From the NCBI GenBank assembly GCA_030390025.1, contig CM059432.1, forward strand, positions 61,754,001 to 61,818,000: 64,000 nt of DNA. Direction: 5' to 3'. Below the pieces are notes generated by a model. The model was given only the letters and a program-made list of their open reading frames with translations, had not been told where the DNA came from and did no database searches. Positions within the stretch are counted from its first letter, which is position 1; every line of letters starts with the position of its first letter. The stretch comes from Squalus acanthias (Eukaryota). Below, in pieces: positions 37,401 through 50,767 of this stretch. The translations under genes were made by a program, and so were the position numbers.

Positions 37401-37910
37401 CGGAGGAGTAGGGGGACAGACCAAGGTATGATTTGGTGATGAGAGTCACACCGCCACCACGGCAGTCTGAACAGGGCAAGTGGTGGAAGGTATAGCCAGG
37501 CGGAGAGGCTTCATTTAAGGGTAAGGTGTCATCACCCCTCAACCAAGTTTCCGTCAGGGCCATGATGTCGATGCAATCATCCACGATAAGCTCATGGATG
37601 ACAAGGGCCTTGTTCGTAAGTGAACGGACATTCTGGAGGGAGATGCGGAGAGGGTCGGCGCTGGGAGGGGGGAGTTGGACGGGGAGGAGATTGGCAAGAT
37701 TTGCCCCCAGTGGGCGCGCTGGGCAGGAAGGTCGGCGAGAGAGTAGGATGGGACAGTTGGGGTTGCTGCTCGTAATGAAGCAGTGACAAGTGTCTCGATG
37801 GGCCCTTCGTAGGAAGCCAAGAGAGGCACAGAGGGAAGCTGTAGGCTTATCTAAGAGGGAGTCAAGCCTGGGACGGCGGCAGGAGAGTAGGAAGGTTGAA
37901 GAGTAATGCT
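34490..37910 (-). mobile_element. L2-clade LINE (same family as 6058-8995), rearranged at about 36890-37215
   Basis: DIMALTETWL, AAFETVDH, GVPQGSILGP, YADDTQLY on the minus strand; (CAA)n tail at 34490. Confidence 0.92.
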
Positions 37911-38731
37911 TGGAGGCATTCTAAATTATCGGTTAAAAGCAAAGTGCCATTTTATGCACACAGTCCAAAATATCTAAAAATAAATACATCTAACCTTGTT
38001 TAATATTGTGGAGCTTTAGTTCTTTGTCATGAGAGAATTTTATCTGCATTCTAGAAACTAATCCAATCTTCTCTTTTGAAGCAGACGTATTTCACCAAAC
38101 CATTTTTTGATGTTAGTTCCTTTATAAAACATTTTTTATGACACACAGACTGGGTTTCTGTGACATGTGTAAAATTCCCATCTTGATGGAATTAATGTTT
38201 TGTGCAATTTGTGTTGAATTGGATTGGTTTCACAGTCACGCAGTATGGAACCAGAAGTAGAAAACCATGGCATAAATCTATATATATGCTAGCTAGAAGG
38301 CAATTCTTAAATAGATTAATGAAAGGGCTAATTAGGATTATGAAGTACTATATTTATATGACAGCACAGTTTCATGACAGTATTTCCCTAAGTATTTTTG
38401 ACAAGCACTTGTTCTAAAACAAATTATTTTAATTTGATAAAGATGGCTCATGGGCTGTAAAAAATGTAGATGATACTGAACGGATGGAAGTCAGAAAACC
38501 AAACAAGGGGGTCAGAGGACAGATCACCAAGACTGGATTTCTGTTTTGTAATTCACTACCATCCTTTCAATATTTTACTTTAATTTCTTATTATTATTGG
38601 CTATGTTTTCCTGCAATTGCTAAAGTTAACAAAAAAAGTAATTGAGTATAAAATAAGGATTTAATACTTGTGCTGACTATTTCTCTTTTTTTTTTCTTTT
38701 TCACCAAATCGGGTGATGCAGATCCTTGCAG

Positions 38732-38773
38732 AATTCTGCAAGAATCAGTATCCCTTTACTCGTGCAAACAAAG
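38732..38773 (+). CDS. Candidate 42-nt DTNA cassette exon: (R)ILQESVSLYSCKQ(R)
   Basis: Branch-like TGCTGAC (38671), long U-tract, TTGCAG|...AAAG|GTTTGT; phase 2-2 and open; no homologue recognised. Confidence 0.3.
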
Positions 38774-39537
38774 GTTTGTGCTAAAAGAAAGAGGATATTT
38801 CTTCTATTTAAACTACTTTGGTGATATTTTATATGAACTTTATGATTTTTAAGGTATGCACCCAGTCATAAATTGGCATTTAATAGAATTTAAGATGTGG
38901 TTTTTTTACTTTTACACTTATTTTAAGAATGTGAATGGATAATATTAATTTTGGACATTTTTTCAAATTGTATTTACTGTAACAAAGATTTCCAAGTTTT
39001 AACCCTAATTAGGCACCATATAGATGTGAATCCAGCGTGTTCACTAGGTTAAGGTGCATTGCTACAGATGTTGGCTTAGGTGCATTTTCCCACATTGGGC
39101 AAAGTCTCAGAAGCCTGTACATATATTAGTGTCTGATGCATAACAACAGTATGCTAACTTTAACTTTGTAAATTCAATTGCTAAAATTCTTTGGGTACTT
39201 AATTTAAGCCTCATTGCTTAAGTGTTAACAAATGGAGATATCAAGCTGTATGTCTAACCATGTAATTTGTGCAGATGTTTAATCTGTGTTTCATCTTGTG
39301 TTTTATTGAGCTTTTCTGATGTCTTAATGTTGCATAAGAAGCAAACAAACCATTTTGCTGTGGGCCCTTGGGATTCACAAAGTTATACAACAATCATGGA
39401 AATATTAAGGAATGTTTTAATGGATGTATGTTTCTCAAAAAAAAATCCCACATCCCACATATAATCACAGTCTGCGAAAGAAATTGTTTTCTATTTCCTA
39501 AATCAATTACCCTTTATCCCTGGTTTAACTTATTCAG

Positions 39538-39609
39538 GTTACTAGATGGGATGCATGATGAACATACTGTCATTCAGCTGTATGTAAATGAGCTTGTGAA
39601 CAACTCCCG
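39538..39609 (+). CDS. DTNA: Alpha-dystrobrevin alternative syntrophin-binding exon (11b equivalent): (R)LLDGMHDEHTVIQLYVNELVNNS(R)
   Basis: TTCAG|G...CCCG|GTCAGT, 72 nt, phase 2-2; resembles recalled human EEHSLIKLYVNQLDHGAR. Confidence 0.85.
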
Positions 39610-42545
39610 GTCAGTAACAGAGACCAAACTTTGATCTTATTGAGTAGACTCTGATACTGAGCCAACTGCTTAATAGGATGTATTTAGTCCATTTAGATTG
39701 CATTAGTGCTGGGTCTGTGAGTTTAACAATTAATGCGTGAGTATCCTTTTTGTTGGCTTGAAGTAACATAGCTTTCTAATTACTGTTATATTATCTAATG
39801 AATGTGGAAAAGGATCACCTAATCAAAATACCATGTGGTATAGGAAACGATGTTCAAAAATTCTATACAATCCCAAGGGGTCAAGTCATTTTACAGAACA
39901 ATTTGGAAATCCTATAGTCTTAAAAGTAAATATATTTTATAGATTTAATATTCCAAAATAATATCAAAATATCATTGACTATTCTTAAAAGGAATGAATT
40001 AAGGATAATTTGAACCATATCTTTACTTTCATTGGAGCATCCCCATTAAAAGGTAGTATGATAGTGAAGAGCAATTGTATTTCAATACCATGGGATGTGG
40101 GTTCCAGATGCTTCCCATAGGGAGCAAACAGATACTTGCAGACTCTGAGCCACTTGTTCAGCTGAATAATGCTGCATGGAATGGGGGGAATAGCATCAAA
40201 CATTACATAGTTTAACAATGTGCAAGTGTTCATGCAGTGTAGGGACATACCAACTGATAGATTGTTAAAATAAATTTATCCCAAGCTATCACATACTGAA
40301 ATTATTAATCAAATATTAAGTTGTGTCAAACTATCAGCAAAATGAGGGAATTCAGCGTTTTGCACATGAATATGTTAATTTCACTCTACAAACCACTGCT
40401 CATTTGGATGGTGTATTTTAATTTGTACATGGGATAGTAGCATTGTTAATGAACTAAAGTTGCTAAGTCCCTCCAGTACTTGTTTTACTGTCCCAAAGAA
40501 TATCTACTGTCTCTATCGTGCAGGATGTGAGTAACCAAACCAAATATTCACTTGGCTTTATTGTTCATCTCAGTGACATGTCTGTTAACCGATAGGTTAC
40601 AATCCTGATGATTAAGAGGTTAAACATCAGTTGACACAGTTCTTGCATTATTTCATTACCTCACAAAGGACACTTTCAGTATTAATTGATAGTAGGTGAA
40701 TTAATGTTTAAACCCACAGACTCTGCTGCTTGCTCATTAGTTTGGTTAGCATTCTTCCCACATTTATAAATGAATAAGAAGGTGATACTCTCACTGTAGG
40801 GACAGTAGAATTGTAGTAAGTAACAAAAGTGTATATGTTGCCAGCTAACGCCAGATACAGCAAGGGAATTGGCAAGAAATTCCAAATATTAATCTGATCT
40901 CATGCTTCATGAATTAGTTCCTTAAATGTTTGTATTGCCTAAATAGATTTTAAGGATCATACTTGTGGCTGCAGCAAGATAGAATCCCTGCAAAAGATTA
41001 TCTTAAATGTCTGAACAAGTGGTGAAGAATGTTTCCTGGGGGCTTGCTAGAGATTTAATCAAAAATGATGGGACCTAGCGCTTACCTTCTTGCCTCGAGC
41101 TTTATCTGTAGTTTGTGAATATGCATAAATGGGTAGCTTTGATAAAATATGGCAGTTACTTGCCTGTTATGTAGAAATTAATTGTTGCTTATTTACATTT
41201 AATAGCTATGCAGTGGTAATTAATGAAAATTCATACCAGGACAAATAAATAAAATACAAATAACACCTTTAAGAGACTAAGGAACTAAAGTTCCTGAGCG
41301 TGGAGGGTGCATCTAGAGTAGATCAGCCACGTGAGGGGAGGCAGGCTTTGGGACAGAATCCGGATAGATCCATCTTCTGCTCCATTTCCACTCCATCCTG
41401 AATTCCAATTGGGTGGGTGGTCAAGGGATGGTTCCACCTGCTCCACTTGTATCTGGGCTGAGACTTTGGGGGGGTGTCTAGGCACATTCTCAGACTACTC
41501 CAGGAGTTCTGCCCAATATGCCATCCAGTAGGCCCACATGACTTGTTGTTCTTTATACCCCAGAGAGCTGGAGTATGTCCCATACTGGGCCTTGGGAAAG
41601 TCCCAAACTGACCAAAACAAAGGTAATTGACCCTAGAGGGGACCAATTACCTTTCAAATGATGGCCTTTTGCTTGCTTAAGAACATTGCAAAACATTATG
41701 GCCCCTTTTTTCTTTAGCCTTAGCTGGGCCTCAGTGTCCCTGGTGGGATTGTCAGGTGCCACACCGACTACCGCCTCTCTTCAGGATGGGGCTCTGTTGC
41801 ACCTCTGATAAAATTTCACTTTGAAAATCTGATTTGTGCTGTGCAGGTAAGAAGTTATATATTGATTCTTGTGCCTCCTTCAAAAGATAATCTGAGGTGT
41901 CTCGAGTATTGAGCATTTGCAGATTGCAGTTCTTTGTTCTAATCTCCAGTTTGAATTGTTGTTCTAAAATTTATTTGTTTAATTAAAAAGGAGATAATTA
42001 TACCAAGCTGGTGTGAACTTGTTAGATGATGCCATTGTAGTTATTTACAAAATGGACAAGAAACCTCCAGGGGTTAAAGTTTTTATATGTGCTATTTTTA
42101 GCGCTTCCTCTCTCCGCTATTTTAACATAGCTGCTGACACATATATTGTAAATGGGTTAACAAGTGCATCAAACTAGCACAGGTAGGATCACATTAATCA
42201 GTGCACTAAAAACAGTAAAATTAAACAACGTTAAAACCTCCTAGGTATAGTATGGTTTACACTTGTGATGGTCAGTCAGCAAACTCCTCACCTCAGTCAC
42301 AATGATTGTTTTTTGTTGATGAAGGCAATTTAACAGTAATAGTTAAAGCAAAAAACACATGTGCACACAGCACTGAAAAACTGACAAATGGAGTATTTGT
42401 CATGTATTGAAGCAGCTGGATTGCTAGATTTTTTTTTAAATTAGTTTATTACACATTTTTTATTAATTTAATGTCCAAACCTTTTTATGGGATGAGGGTT
42501 TTGGTGCCTGTTTTAGGTTTATTTGGTTTTTCTCATTTAGATATT

Positions 42546-43757
42546 GGCCCGGATTTTGCAGTAGGGATAACAGTGAGGCTATCAGCACTCACCATTATAA
42601 TGGAGTAAATCGGACAGCACATGGGCAGTTAAATGCGGAAATCAGGAAGTTGCTGTCCGATTTGCCTTGCTCCTCCACAAGCTTCACTACACGCCGGGAG
42701 ACTCTGCATGAAATACATGTGAGGGCGTGAAGTTACTGTACTTCCCCACTAGATACCCACGAAGCACACCAGAAAAAGTTAGGGCTTGTTCATTCAAGTT
42801 TAAGTGAATTTTTAATGGTGTGCTAAGTCTTAATTACTGCCAAACAACCACTCTGGCATTCCTTCCAATTTTAATTAGTGTTTTAAAAAATGTAAAAACT
42901 AAAATACTTTTTTTTAACTTTTTTTATTCCTTTCTCTTAATCCCATCTTTCTTTCCCTCCTTTATTTTGCTTTCTGTACATGATTTTACATTGAATTAAA
43001 CATTCTAACTTACACTTCCTGGTTTAGACTCTGCAGGGGGAGTTTTAACATAGGAGTGGGTGGGTGTGCTTGCGGATGGTGGGTTAAATGGGGCAAAATT
43101 GGAAGCGTGTCGCGAAACTGGCACAAACCCGCCGACTTCCAAGTTTTACCTGAGGCGGAACAAGGAGTGGGCAGCCAACCTGCTCCCAGGAGGCGGGTTG
43201 GCACTTCAAATATTATAATGAGGTTGGAAGCCTCAGATTTAATATGCTTTGCAGGTTTAACTGTGGCCGGCCAGGGTTCCTGGGCCTCGGGATTCCCAGC
43301 TGCTGCAGCGAGGTGAGGACAGCCTTGGGGAGCTCTTCTTATGGACCGGGAGGAGCAGGAGTGCATCTTCCCACCCCCCTAAGCTCCTCCACCATCAGCA
43401 CCCATACTTAAATCTCCACAGCATGCGGGGAAACCCAGAAGTCTGGGTTTTCCACACGCTACTGGATCTCCCCCCATCCCCTCTCCACCCCCGACCTCCC
43501 TGCTCCCAGTGGGTCTGCAGGTAAGATTTTGGCCTGCGTGTCTCAGTAAGGATTCTTCAATCTGATTGGTTAAAGAGACACGCTGTTGCTTGGCCTGCTC
43601 ACACAGGCCCCAGATCCCCTGTAGAGGGCACCATGCTGAAATGGCTCTCTAATTACCGTAAGTTGTTACGCAAAAGCCCATAAAATGTCTGTGGGCCACT
43701 GTAAGCATAATGAATGGCGAGTGCCATTTGTTCCTCTCTGACTGTAAAATCCGGGCC
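42546..43757 (+). mobile_element. MITE family A copy 3, with a nested GC-rich element at about 43037-43535
   Basis: Perfect TIR GGCCCGGATTTT / AAAATCCGGGCC; 3-bp TSD ATT; the host element resumes after 43535. Confidence 0.82.
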
Positions 43758-44651
43758 ATTGTAAAACGTCATTTAATTTAAAAGTGCAGTGAGGAGCACT
43801 GATATTATATTCAGAGCTTTGTAACTGGCAGTAATATAAAGATATTCAACAATGAATGTCTGCCACTCACTCACTGTGGAAACCTAACTGTGAAGAAGAA
43901 ACTGGAAACTTGGCACCATACAGAGGAAATCGGTATGCGCGACAACGATCATGAGATGTTTTAATTCTTATTTGCCAATCTGAGGTTGGTATCCTTTTTT
44001 CAAACCATAAAAACTCAATTTCACTGTTAGCTGAAAATGATACAGAACAAGGCTAGTATTGGTTTGAAACATGAAACTTAGGGCAGGAATTTCCTCCGAG
44101 CTGCTCCCGTTCCAACGCTGTTACTTCGCCGGAAGTGCAGCAGAAAAACCATTTGGCACGTGAATGGGGTTTGCAGCGAAGTTACGGCAGCGGGCCGAGA
44201 ACAGCTCCGAGGACATGCCAGCCGAAGCTACTGCTTCAACAAGAAGTTTACAGACTCTAAGTCCAGGAGACAGAAGAGGGTTTTTCTTTTCATTTCAAGT
44301 TCTCTCCCCAGCACGTTAGCCTTTCTTGAATAGTGCACGTGGAATTGCTTGTGAGAAAGTACCACTTGTAACTGGCCCGAACTATTATCACTCATGTCTT
44401 TTAAGATCCTATCTAAGCAAAGTTACTATTTTGATCAGTCTTATTTTGAGTTTTCTTACAAACCATATTTTTTTTTTATTTCCGATATATCCATGTCTTT
44501 CTCTATAATTTTAATCATATATAAGCTCTTTCAGTTTATTGTTTTTTTGGCATGTGATTACATTATAAATGCTGTTCACAGTATTGCTTTAAACCTGTTT
44601 CCCCAGTATTATTGCGTATTCTTTGTTTAGTCTTCTTATCTCATTAAATAG

Positions 44652-44729
44652 CTTTCCTGATGAGATCAGTGAAGTAGAGCAGAACAAACAACTGGCTAGG
44701 GCTGCTCCAGCTTTGCTGAAGGGCAAAGG
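44652..44729 (+). CDS. DTNA: Alpha-dystrobrevin vr3 exon (exon-12 equivalent): FPDEISEVEQNKQLARAAPALLKGK(G)
   Basis: ATAG|C...AAAGG|GTGAGT, 78 nt; resembles recalled human SEVEQNKLLARAAPAFLKGKG. Confidence 0.95.
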
Positions 44730-45215
44730 GTGAGTATTGAGGAGAATGTGCAGTATCTGGCATGCGCTAATAACACTACAAAATGAATAATTTTGTTACA
44801 TATCATGCTAACAAAAAACATAAATACTTATAGATATCTTAGGTTTCCAAATATCTTAGAACAGAATTTCAAGCAGTAAGGCTTCACATCTGTAGAAACA
44901 TTTCTGCTCTTACAAATTTAGTATTAGAAGTATTGCATGTATTTTTAGTTTCATAGATTAGACAGTCCTATTCATAAACAGCACATTCAGCTTTTTTAGT
45001 CCCATCCCATGCTCCAATCATGAGCTAGCTAACATCCTGGTGGAAAAGTATAGTAAATTATGGATTGAATATCTTGAAGCAGAAGAGACAATGGTGTGTG
45101 TGTGTAAAGATATATCATTCCTTTTGCTTCCTTTTTAATTTCTCATTTACCTTTTACAATGTTTTCTTTTTTATTCTTTGTTTTGTTTTGTTTCCTTACA
45201 TTTCCATTCTTCTAG

Positions 45216-45308
45216 GTTACAGTACAGCCTTGATATTGCTGATAGACTGGGTGATGAGCATGTTCTGATTGGGCTATATATCAACCTCCTCCTGAACAAT
45301 TCCTCACG
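45216..45308 (+). CDS. DTNA: Alpha-dystrobrevin vr3 exon (exon-13 equivalent, syntrophin-binding site): LQYSLDIADRLGDEHVLIGLYINLLLNNSS(R)
   Basis: TTCTAG|G...CACG|GTTAGT, 93 nt; resembles recalled human IQYSLNVADRLADEHVLIGLYVNML. Confidence 0.96.
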
Positions 45309-46334
45309 GTTAGTCGAGGTTTCTTTTACCCAATATGGAAATAATTATGTTTGGAGGAACATCTTTTAACAATCTGTCAGTTCCATTGATGTAAAAATAA
45401 CTAAGACACAGATCACATGAACGTGGTTTATTTATTAAATATCCACGTGGCCTTGTGCCTACACTGCTTTATGGGAAGGCTGATGGACTGCAGATTTAGA
45501 TGTTTATTGGTAAGATAAAATACAAATTTAAAATATGTGGAGTCTTCTGTGTATGAACTACTACAAGAAAATCTGTTGTGGTCAGACTCAACTTCTCCTG
45601 TAAGTTTACCTGGTAAAATATGAGTTTCGATCTATGTTAAATATCATCGTAACCTGCCTGATCTCTGATCATTGGATTTCTCAATTTGTCATTCCATTTC
45701 ATTCTCTCCCAACTATTGAGGAAGAGATTATAACAACATTTAAAAAGGTAATTGGATGAGTATTTGAAAATGAAGACTATAAATGGATATGTGGAAACAG
45801 TGGGAAAATGGAATTAGAATAGGTAGCTCCAGTTGCAGAGATAGCTTCACTAGCAGGCTCGATGCCGGCTCTGCTCAGGTCAGCCCAGTTTGGCAAAGGG
45901 GTCCTAAAACAAGCGTTAGGCCCCTCATTTGCATATGCCTGTTTCATGTGGCCGCAAGGAGGTCCGATTTCTACCCAATATAGGCCCAGTGGGATGTAAT
46001 CTATGGCAGATCAAGGTTTGAGAGCAGAAGGATCCAGCTGGGGCTACAAAAAAGCAGGACATAGAGATGCTTGGTCATCCATGTGGGGGAGAGTTGCAGC
46101 CAGAGCCACAGGCTATTATTGCAGAGGTACAGTTAAGTAGGTAGCACTGTGAGGGATTGTGCCACAGCAGCACCTACTGCCAGAAGATGAAAAGGTAAGT
46201 AAAATGGTAAGCGTACTGTCACAGCATAAAACTAACACCTGAGTGTAACGGAAATAACACAACAGCCAAGTCATTACACAGAAGTGATGGTGACAGAAGT
46301 CGCAAGTCTGAAAACTTTTAATATATAAATTGAG

Positions 46335-46630
46335 TCCAAAAATGTGCGGGTTAGGTTGATTTGGCTATGATAAATTGACCCTTAGTGTTAGGGGGGATTA
46401 AATATGTGGGGTTACGGGGATAGGATGGGATATGTTAGGGGGAATTAAATACGTGGGGTTACGGGGATAGGGTGGGATATGTGTCGGTGCAGGCTCGATG
46501 GGGATTCTGTGTGGGAAAGCAGGGACAGGGTACTGGATTTGGATGATCAGCCATGATCGTATTGAATGGTGGAGCAGGCTCGACGGGCCGAATGGCCTAC
46601 TCCTGCTCCTAGTTTCTATATTTCTATGAG
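46335..46630 (+). mobile_element. 5'-truncated HE1/V-SINE-like body followed by a CR1 3' tail
   Basis: TCCAAAAATGTGCGGGTTAGGTTGATTTGGCTATGATAAATTGACC resembles the V-SINE core; CR1 tail GGCCGAATGGCCTACTCCTGCTCC(TTTCTAT). Confidence 0.7.
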
Positions 46631-47134
46631 TCCTGTGACACCGCACAAAAACAAAAAAAATGTAGTCTTCAGTCGGAGCGAGGTTAGAGAGTGAGGAAAG
46701 TTGGACTAGGGTGCATAGACATAGTTTAGTCACCATTTAAAAAAAGTCAAACATTCTGTCCTTATTTTTATACAATAGTTTGATTTTATATTATTTATAG
46801 TTAAATAGCTAAATGTATAGCAATTTGGGAAGCAGAGCAGTAGAGTATAGTTGGATCATAGCAATTTCTCTGCAGTACAAGCTAAGAGGGCGAAACCAAA
46901 CTGCTGCAGTGCCAACAGTGGCAGGAAGATGTAATTATAGTGTGACAAGATACATGGGCAGTTTCCATTATAATTATGGACATAAGAATTTATAATGGAA
47001 AAGGTTGACAGCATGTATACTCAAACGTAAGATTTAAAAAATATAACTAGTTTCTCTCCCGTGGCATTATACACGGGGTCTCGAGATCAAGTGCAGTATG
47101 CAGCTTTAGAGGGTGGGAGTATAATTCGACCCAT

Positions 47135-47345
47135 ATGGGGGAAAGGGAAGGGGGAGGAGGGCAGGGTGTGGAAGGGATGAGAGAGATTGGGAGGAGGGGG
47201 AGAGGCAGAAAGGACAGGAGAAGGTCGAGAGAGAAAAAGATAAGGCAGAAAGTGGGAGAGGAGGATGATGGGATAAGATGAATGGAAGAGGGGAGGGGTA
47301 AAGGGGAAGAGACTGGGGAAGGAAGAAGATTGATAGAAGGGGTAT
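47135..47345. repeat. Purine-rich (G/A) low-complexity tract
   Basis: Almost only G and A on the + strand. Confidence 0.8.
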
Positions 47346-47904
47346 GCGTTCAGCGTAGCCTCAGCAGGGAAGAGTGTCCTGCAATTTCATTTCAGCGGTG
47401 TTAGGGGGAGAATAGTCCTTTACTCCACACAAGCCCCAAGTATGGGGAGGGTGAAATTTCCCTTCCTACTGGGCCCTGTTTTGGTCACAACGGCATGGGG
47501 AGTGCTTCTGTTAGTAAAACGCAGTTTAAAAAATGTGCAGGTGAGGTAAGTTTCTTCTTTTCACCAGTTTCACATGCGCAGTGGCCGAAAAACAACTGGT
47601 GATGTCGGTGTTTAAACAGTCGGCAATAACAGCTTCCTAAAGGGAAGGGAAGGGTGCTTAGAATGGTTTTCAGATTTGTCAGGATTTAAAAGGGATGAAG
47701 TATGAAGCATTAAACCAGGCATCCACCACTCTTCTTGTGAACTCCAGACAGTCTCTCACCTCCTATGGACGGCGCCATTTGGCTGCCAGAGACCCCATTT
47801 TGGACACATGACAGGATTTTATCAAAATTTCATGAAATGGCTTTCCATTCAGATGGATTTGGGCACTGAGTGAATTCTGCTGTCCAAGAGCCAACAGACA
47901 CTGT

Positions 47905-50310
47905 GGGCTAAATTGGGCTCTGTAGCGCCCATTTTTTAGGCACTATGAGGCCTCTGAAAGTGCAAAAATGGTGTCCACAATGCGCGTACACACTTCCGAC
48001 GGGAAATGTGCTGGACGCCATCTTGGTCAAGGGGTTTGCACGTGCGAACCTAATGACCTCTGGCAGCATGCAGAGCAGGCAGATTATGATGTCAAGCAAC
48101 GCTGATTTGATGCCAGCGCTGCCATTTTCAAACGCCATGCTCCAGCCTACGCTCTTTCTTTAACCTCGCACAGCTGAACATGACGTTAAAATGCATGACG
48201 GACCCTCCACCAGCACTACTTAAAGGGATCATGACTACTTACAGGTCACTACGAGCAGTACAAACTGCTAGAAGAAGGAGGAGGGGGAGAAGGTCTCTCA
48301 GCAGGAGGCCGTATCCATAGAGGGTCTTTAGGGAGCAATTCTCTTACCTCAACTTCAGCGATGACCAATGCTTGAGATGTCTTCGCTTCACTAAAGAAGT
48401 CATGACTGAAATCTGCCAACTGCTGCAGTCACAACTGCAACCTCAAAGCAGGGCAAGGAGTGAATTGCCTGTGGCTGTGAAGGTGACCATGGCTCTTAAC
48501 CTTTATGCGTCTGGCTCCTTCCAGGCTGCTGCTGGAGATATGCCACTCTCCGCAATCCTGCTGATCTGTTGGAGAACAGATTGGTGGACTGCTGTGATGC
48601 CCTGGAAGCCCCTTTGAACAGTGGTATCCAGAGCCATGAGGGCAGCAGTCTGAGCTTGCAACGCACCAGCCTGAGATTGCATGGCAGTAGTCTGAGCTTC
48701 CACTGCAGCACTCAGACCTTTGATGGAAGCTGTTTGTGCTGCAATGGAAGCCGTTTGTGCTGCAATGGAAGCCATTTGTGCTGTGATTTCGACCATCAGA
48801 CGCTGCATCATGGTGGGTTCCACAGATGTGGTGATGGAAGTGATCACCTGTTCCATGTTGGAAAGGATGGGCTCCAAGCACTGCATAAAGCTTGTTCCAA
48901 TTTGGTGCTGGACTCCTCCATGCTCTTTGACATTGAGCGCATGCTTTCTGGCAGGCTTTCCAGTGCACCAAGCATTTGGTTATGTACACCCATCAGCCTT
49001 CTTCTCTAGCCTGGCCCATCAAAGTCCTCATCTGAGCCCTCTGCAACAGAACTAGTGTGTGATCTCGCCCTCCGCTCAGCTGGCACCTGCGCTATCCTTT
49101 CCTCCGCCCTGGCTCCTGCGCACTTGTGGCCGGTGTGTTAACCCATGCAGATTCCTCCTCTATCCTAGCCTCTAAAATACATGCAGTTTCAGTCTCTGAG
49201 CTGGTGGTTGCAAGTATAAGATCGAGTGATGGTGTCTGCTCATCTTCACTTTCTTCTTCCTCCTCCTCCACTGACTGGGCAGGTTCCAGTTCTTAGGTAC
49301 CTAAAATTAAAAAGGAACAAGGGTTGGGTTGTGGTGAGGGGAGAGGAGAAGGTAAGTAGTTACACCCTCTACAGCTTCTCAGTTAGAAGCGATTGATGGA
49401 TGAGGGAGAAGTGGGATGAGAGATGGAGCATTATGTATGCTGACACCCTCATCATCGATCCCTCCAGTGCCAGCAGTGGCCACAGCCTTAGTGATGCCCC
49501 TTCCCATGATGGCCAGAACTGTCTCCTCCATGGGGGTTAAAACATGCAGGCACACTTGTCCTCCTCCAGTTCTTTCCTGCTGCCTGTTGTTATGCACCAC
49601 CTTCCCCTGCATGAAAGAGGGAATGTGTCAGTGAGTGTCCTGCCATATGTTTGGGTGATGTGGCTGTCATAGTTAAATAGCTGCCATTGTGTGTGGGTTA
49701 TGAGTGTGAGGCTTGCAACAGTGATAAGTATGTGAGGGTGAGGTAAAGCATATGAATGGGAGGGTTGAGTCCTGATTGATAGAGATTGTTGGTAGGTGAG
49801 TGATAGGGGTATAATGAATTGAGTAGTGGATGATGCTAGTGGTGCAGTTGGTAGGATATGCCATTTGAGATGACCTTGACAACTCGTGTGAGATCATTGA
49901 ACGTCTTCCTGCACTGTATCCATGTTTTAGGATCAACACTCCTGGCATTGACCTCCGCCGTTACTTCCTGCCACTGCCTCCTGAGTATGTGGAGGGCCTC
50001 CTGCCCCCTTGCGGATACTGGGCATCTGTCCTCTCCAGTGCAGTGTCTGAAAACTTTAGTGCACACTCTCTCACATGGTCAGCCATTCTTCACTCTTTCA
50101 CAGGACAGATTCACTTCTGAAATGACTCCTCCCACTTCCTGCAGCCACAATGCCCCTCCCATTTAAGAGGTGCAGGCTGCTTTTAAGTAGCGCTAGCCAC
50201 TCGCTATTTCGGGCCCCCTGCTGAAGCATGTAGCCAATGAACAGTGCGGGAAGCGCTGGCTGCACGCAGCAATCATGTAAAACAGCAGTCAGCACGAATT
50301 TACAACACAG
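47905..50310. mobile_element. Internally deleted PIF/Harbinger transposon: transposase N-terminal fragment (+, about 48290-48540) convergent with a spliced Myb/SANT gene (-, about 50086-48540)
   Basis: LRFTKEVMTEICQLL..LPVAVKVTMALNLYASGSFQ (HARBI1-like); WQEVTAEVNA..KTWIQCRKTFNDL and ERTGGG..LTPMEE (Myb/SANT-like). Confidence 0.85.
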
Positions 50311-50767
50311 GGTCCACTTCAAAAATGCTGATATCACACCCTTCCACAAAAAGCCCACCCTCAGCACCTCTGTCCTTGCACACTATCACCACAGTCCCAA
50401 AAACTCTGAATACTATTTAATAAGAACACAATTTGTTTTGCTCACTGCAAATCAGCAGCCCTCGCAATGATACATTGTACATGGTATAACAACTCCTTTG
50501 TTATAAAATAGTGCATCCTCCAACTGACAGTGAACAATGGCATGGGAGATCCACTTATATATTATCTAAATACCTGTACCTTATTGAGAAAGAGAGAAAA
50601 ACAAATATAAGAGAAGTGGGCAGAGAAACTATGAGTGAAATGACAGAAGCAAAGAGAAAAGCAACATAAGTTAATATTTTAAGCACTGACCTAAAATAAA
50701 TGCACCTTAAGTAAATAATTTACCATTACTGATTTTTATTCATAGCTAACAAAGGCCTTTGTTACTA

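Noticed and set aside
41786..41846. Extra DTNA exon (TTCAG|...GCAG|GTAAGA)
   Set aside because: In-frame TGA in the DTNA phase, length not a multiple of 3, and no dystrobrevin similarity.
48503..48886. Coiled-coil ORF with ASIAAQT repeats as a novel gene
   Set aside because: It is a 21-bp tandem repeat within the Harbinger Myb-gene 3' exon.
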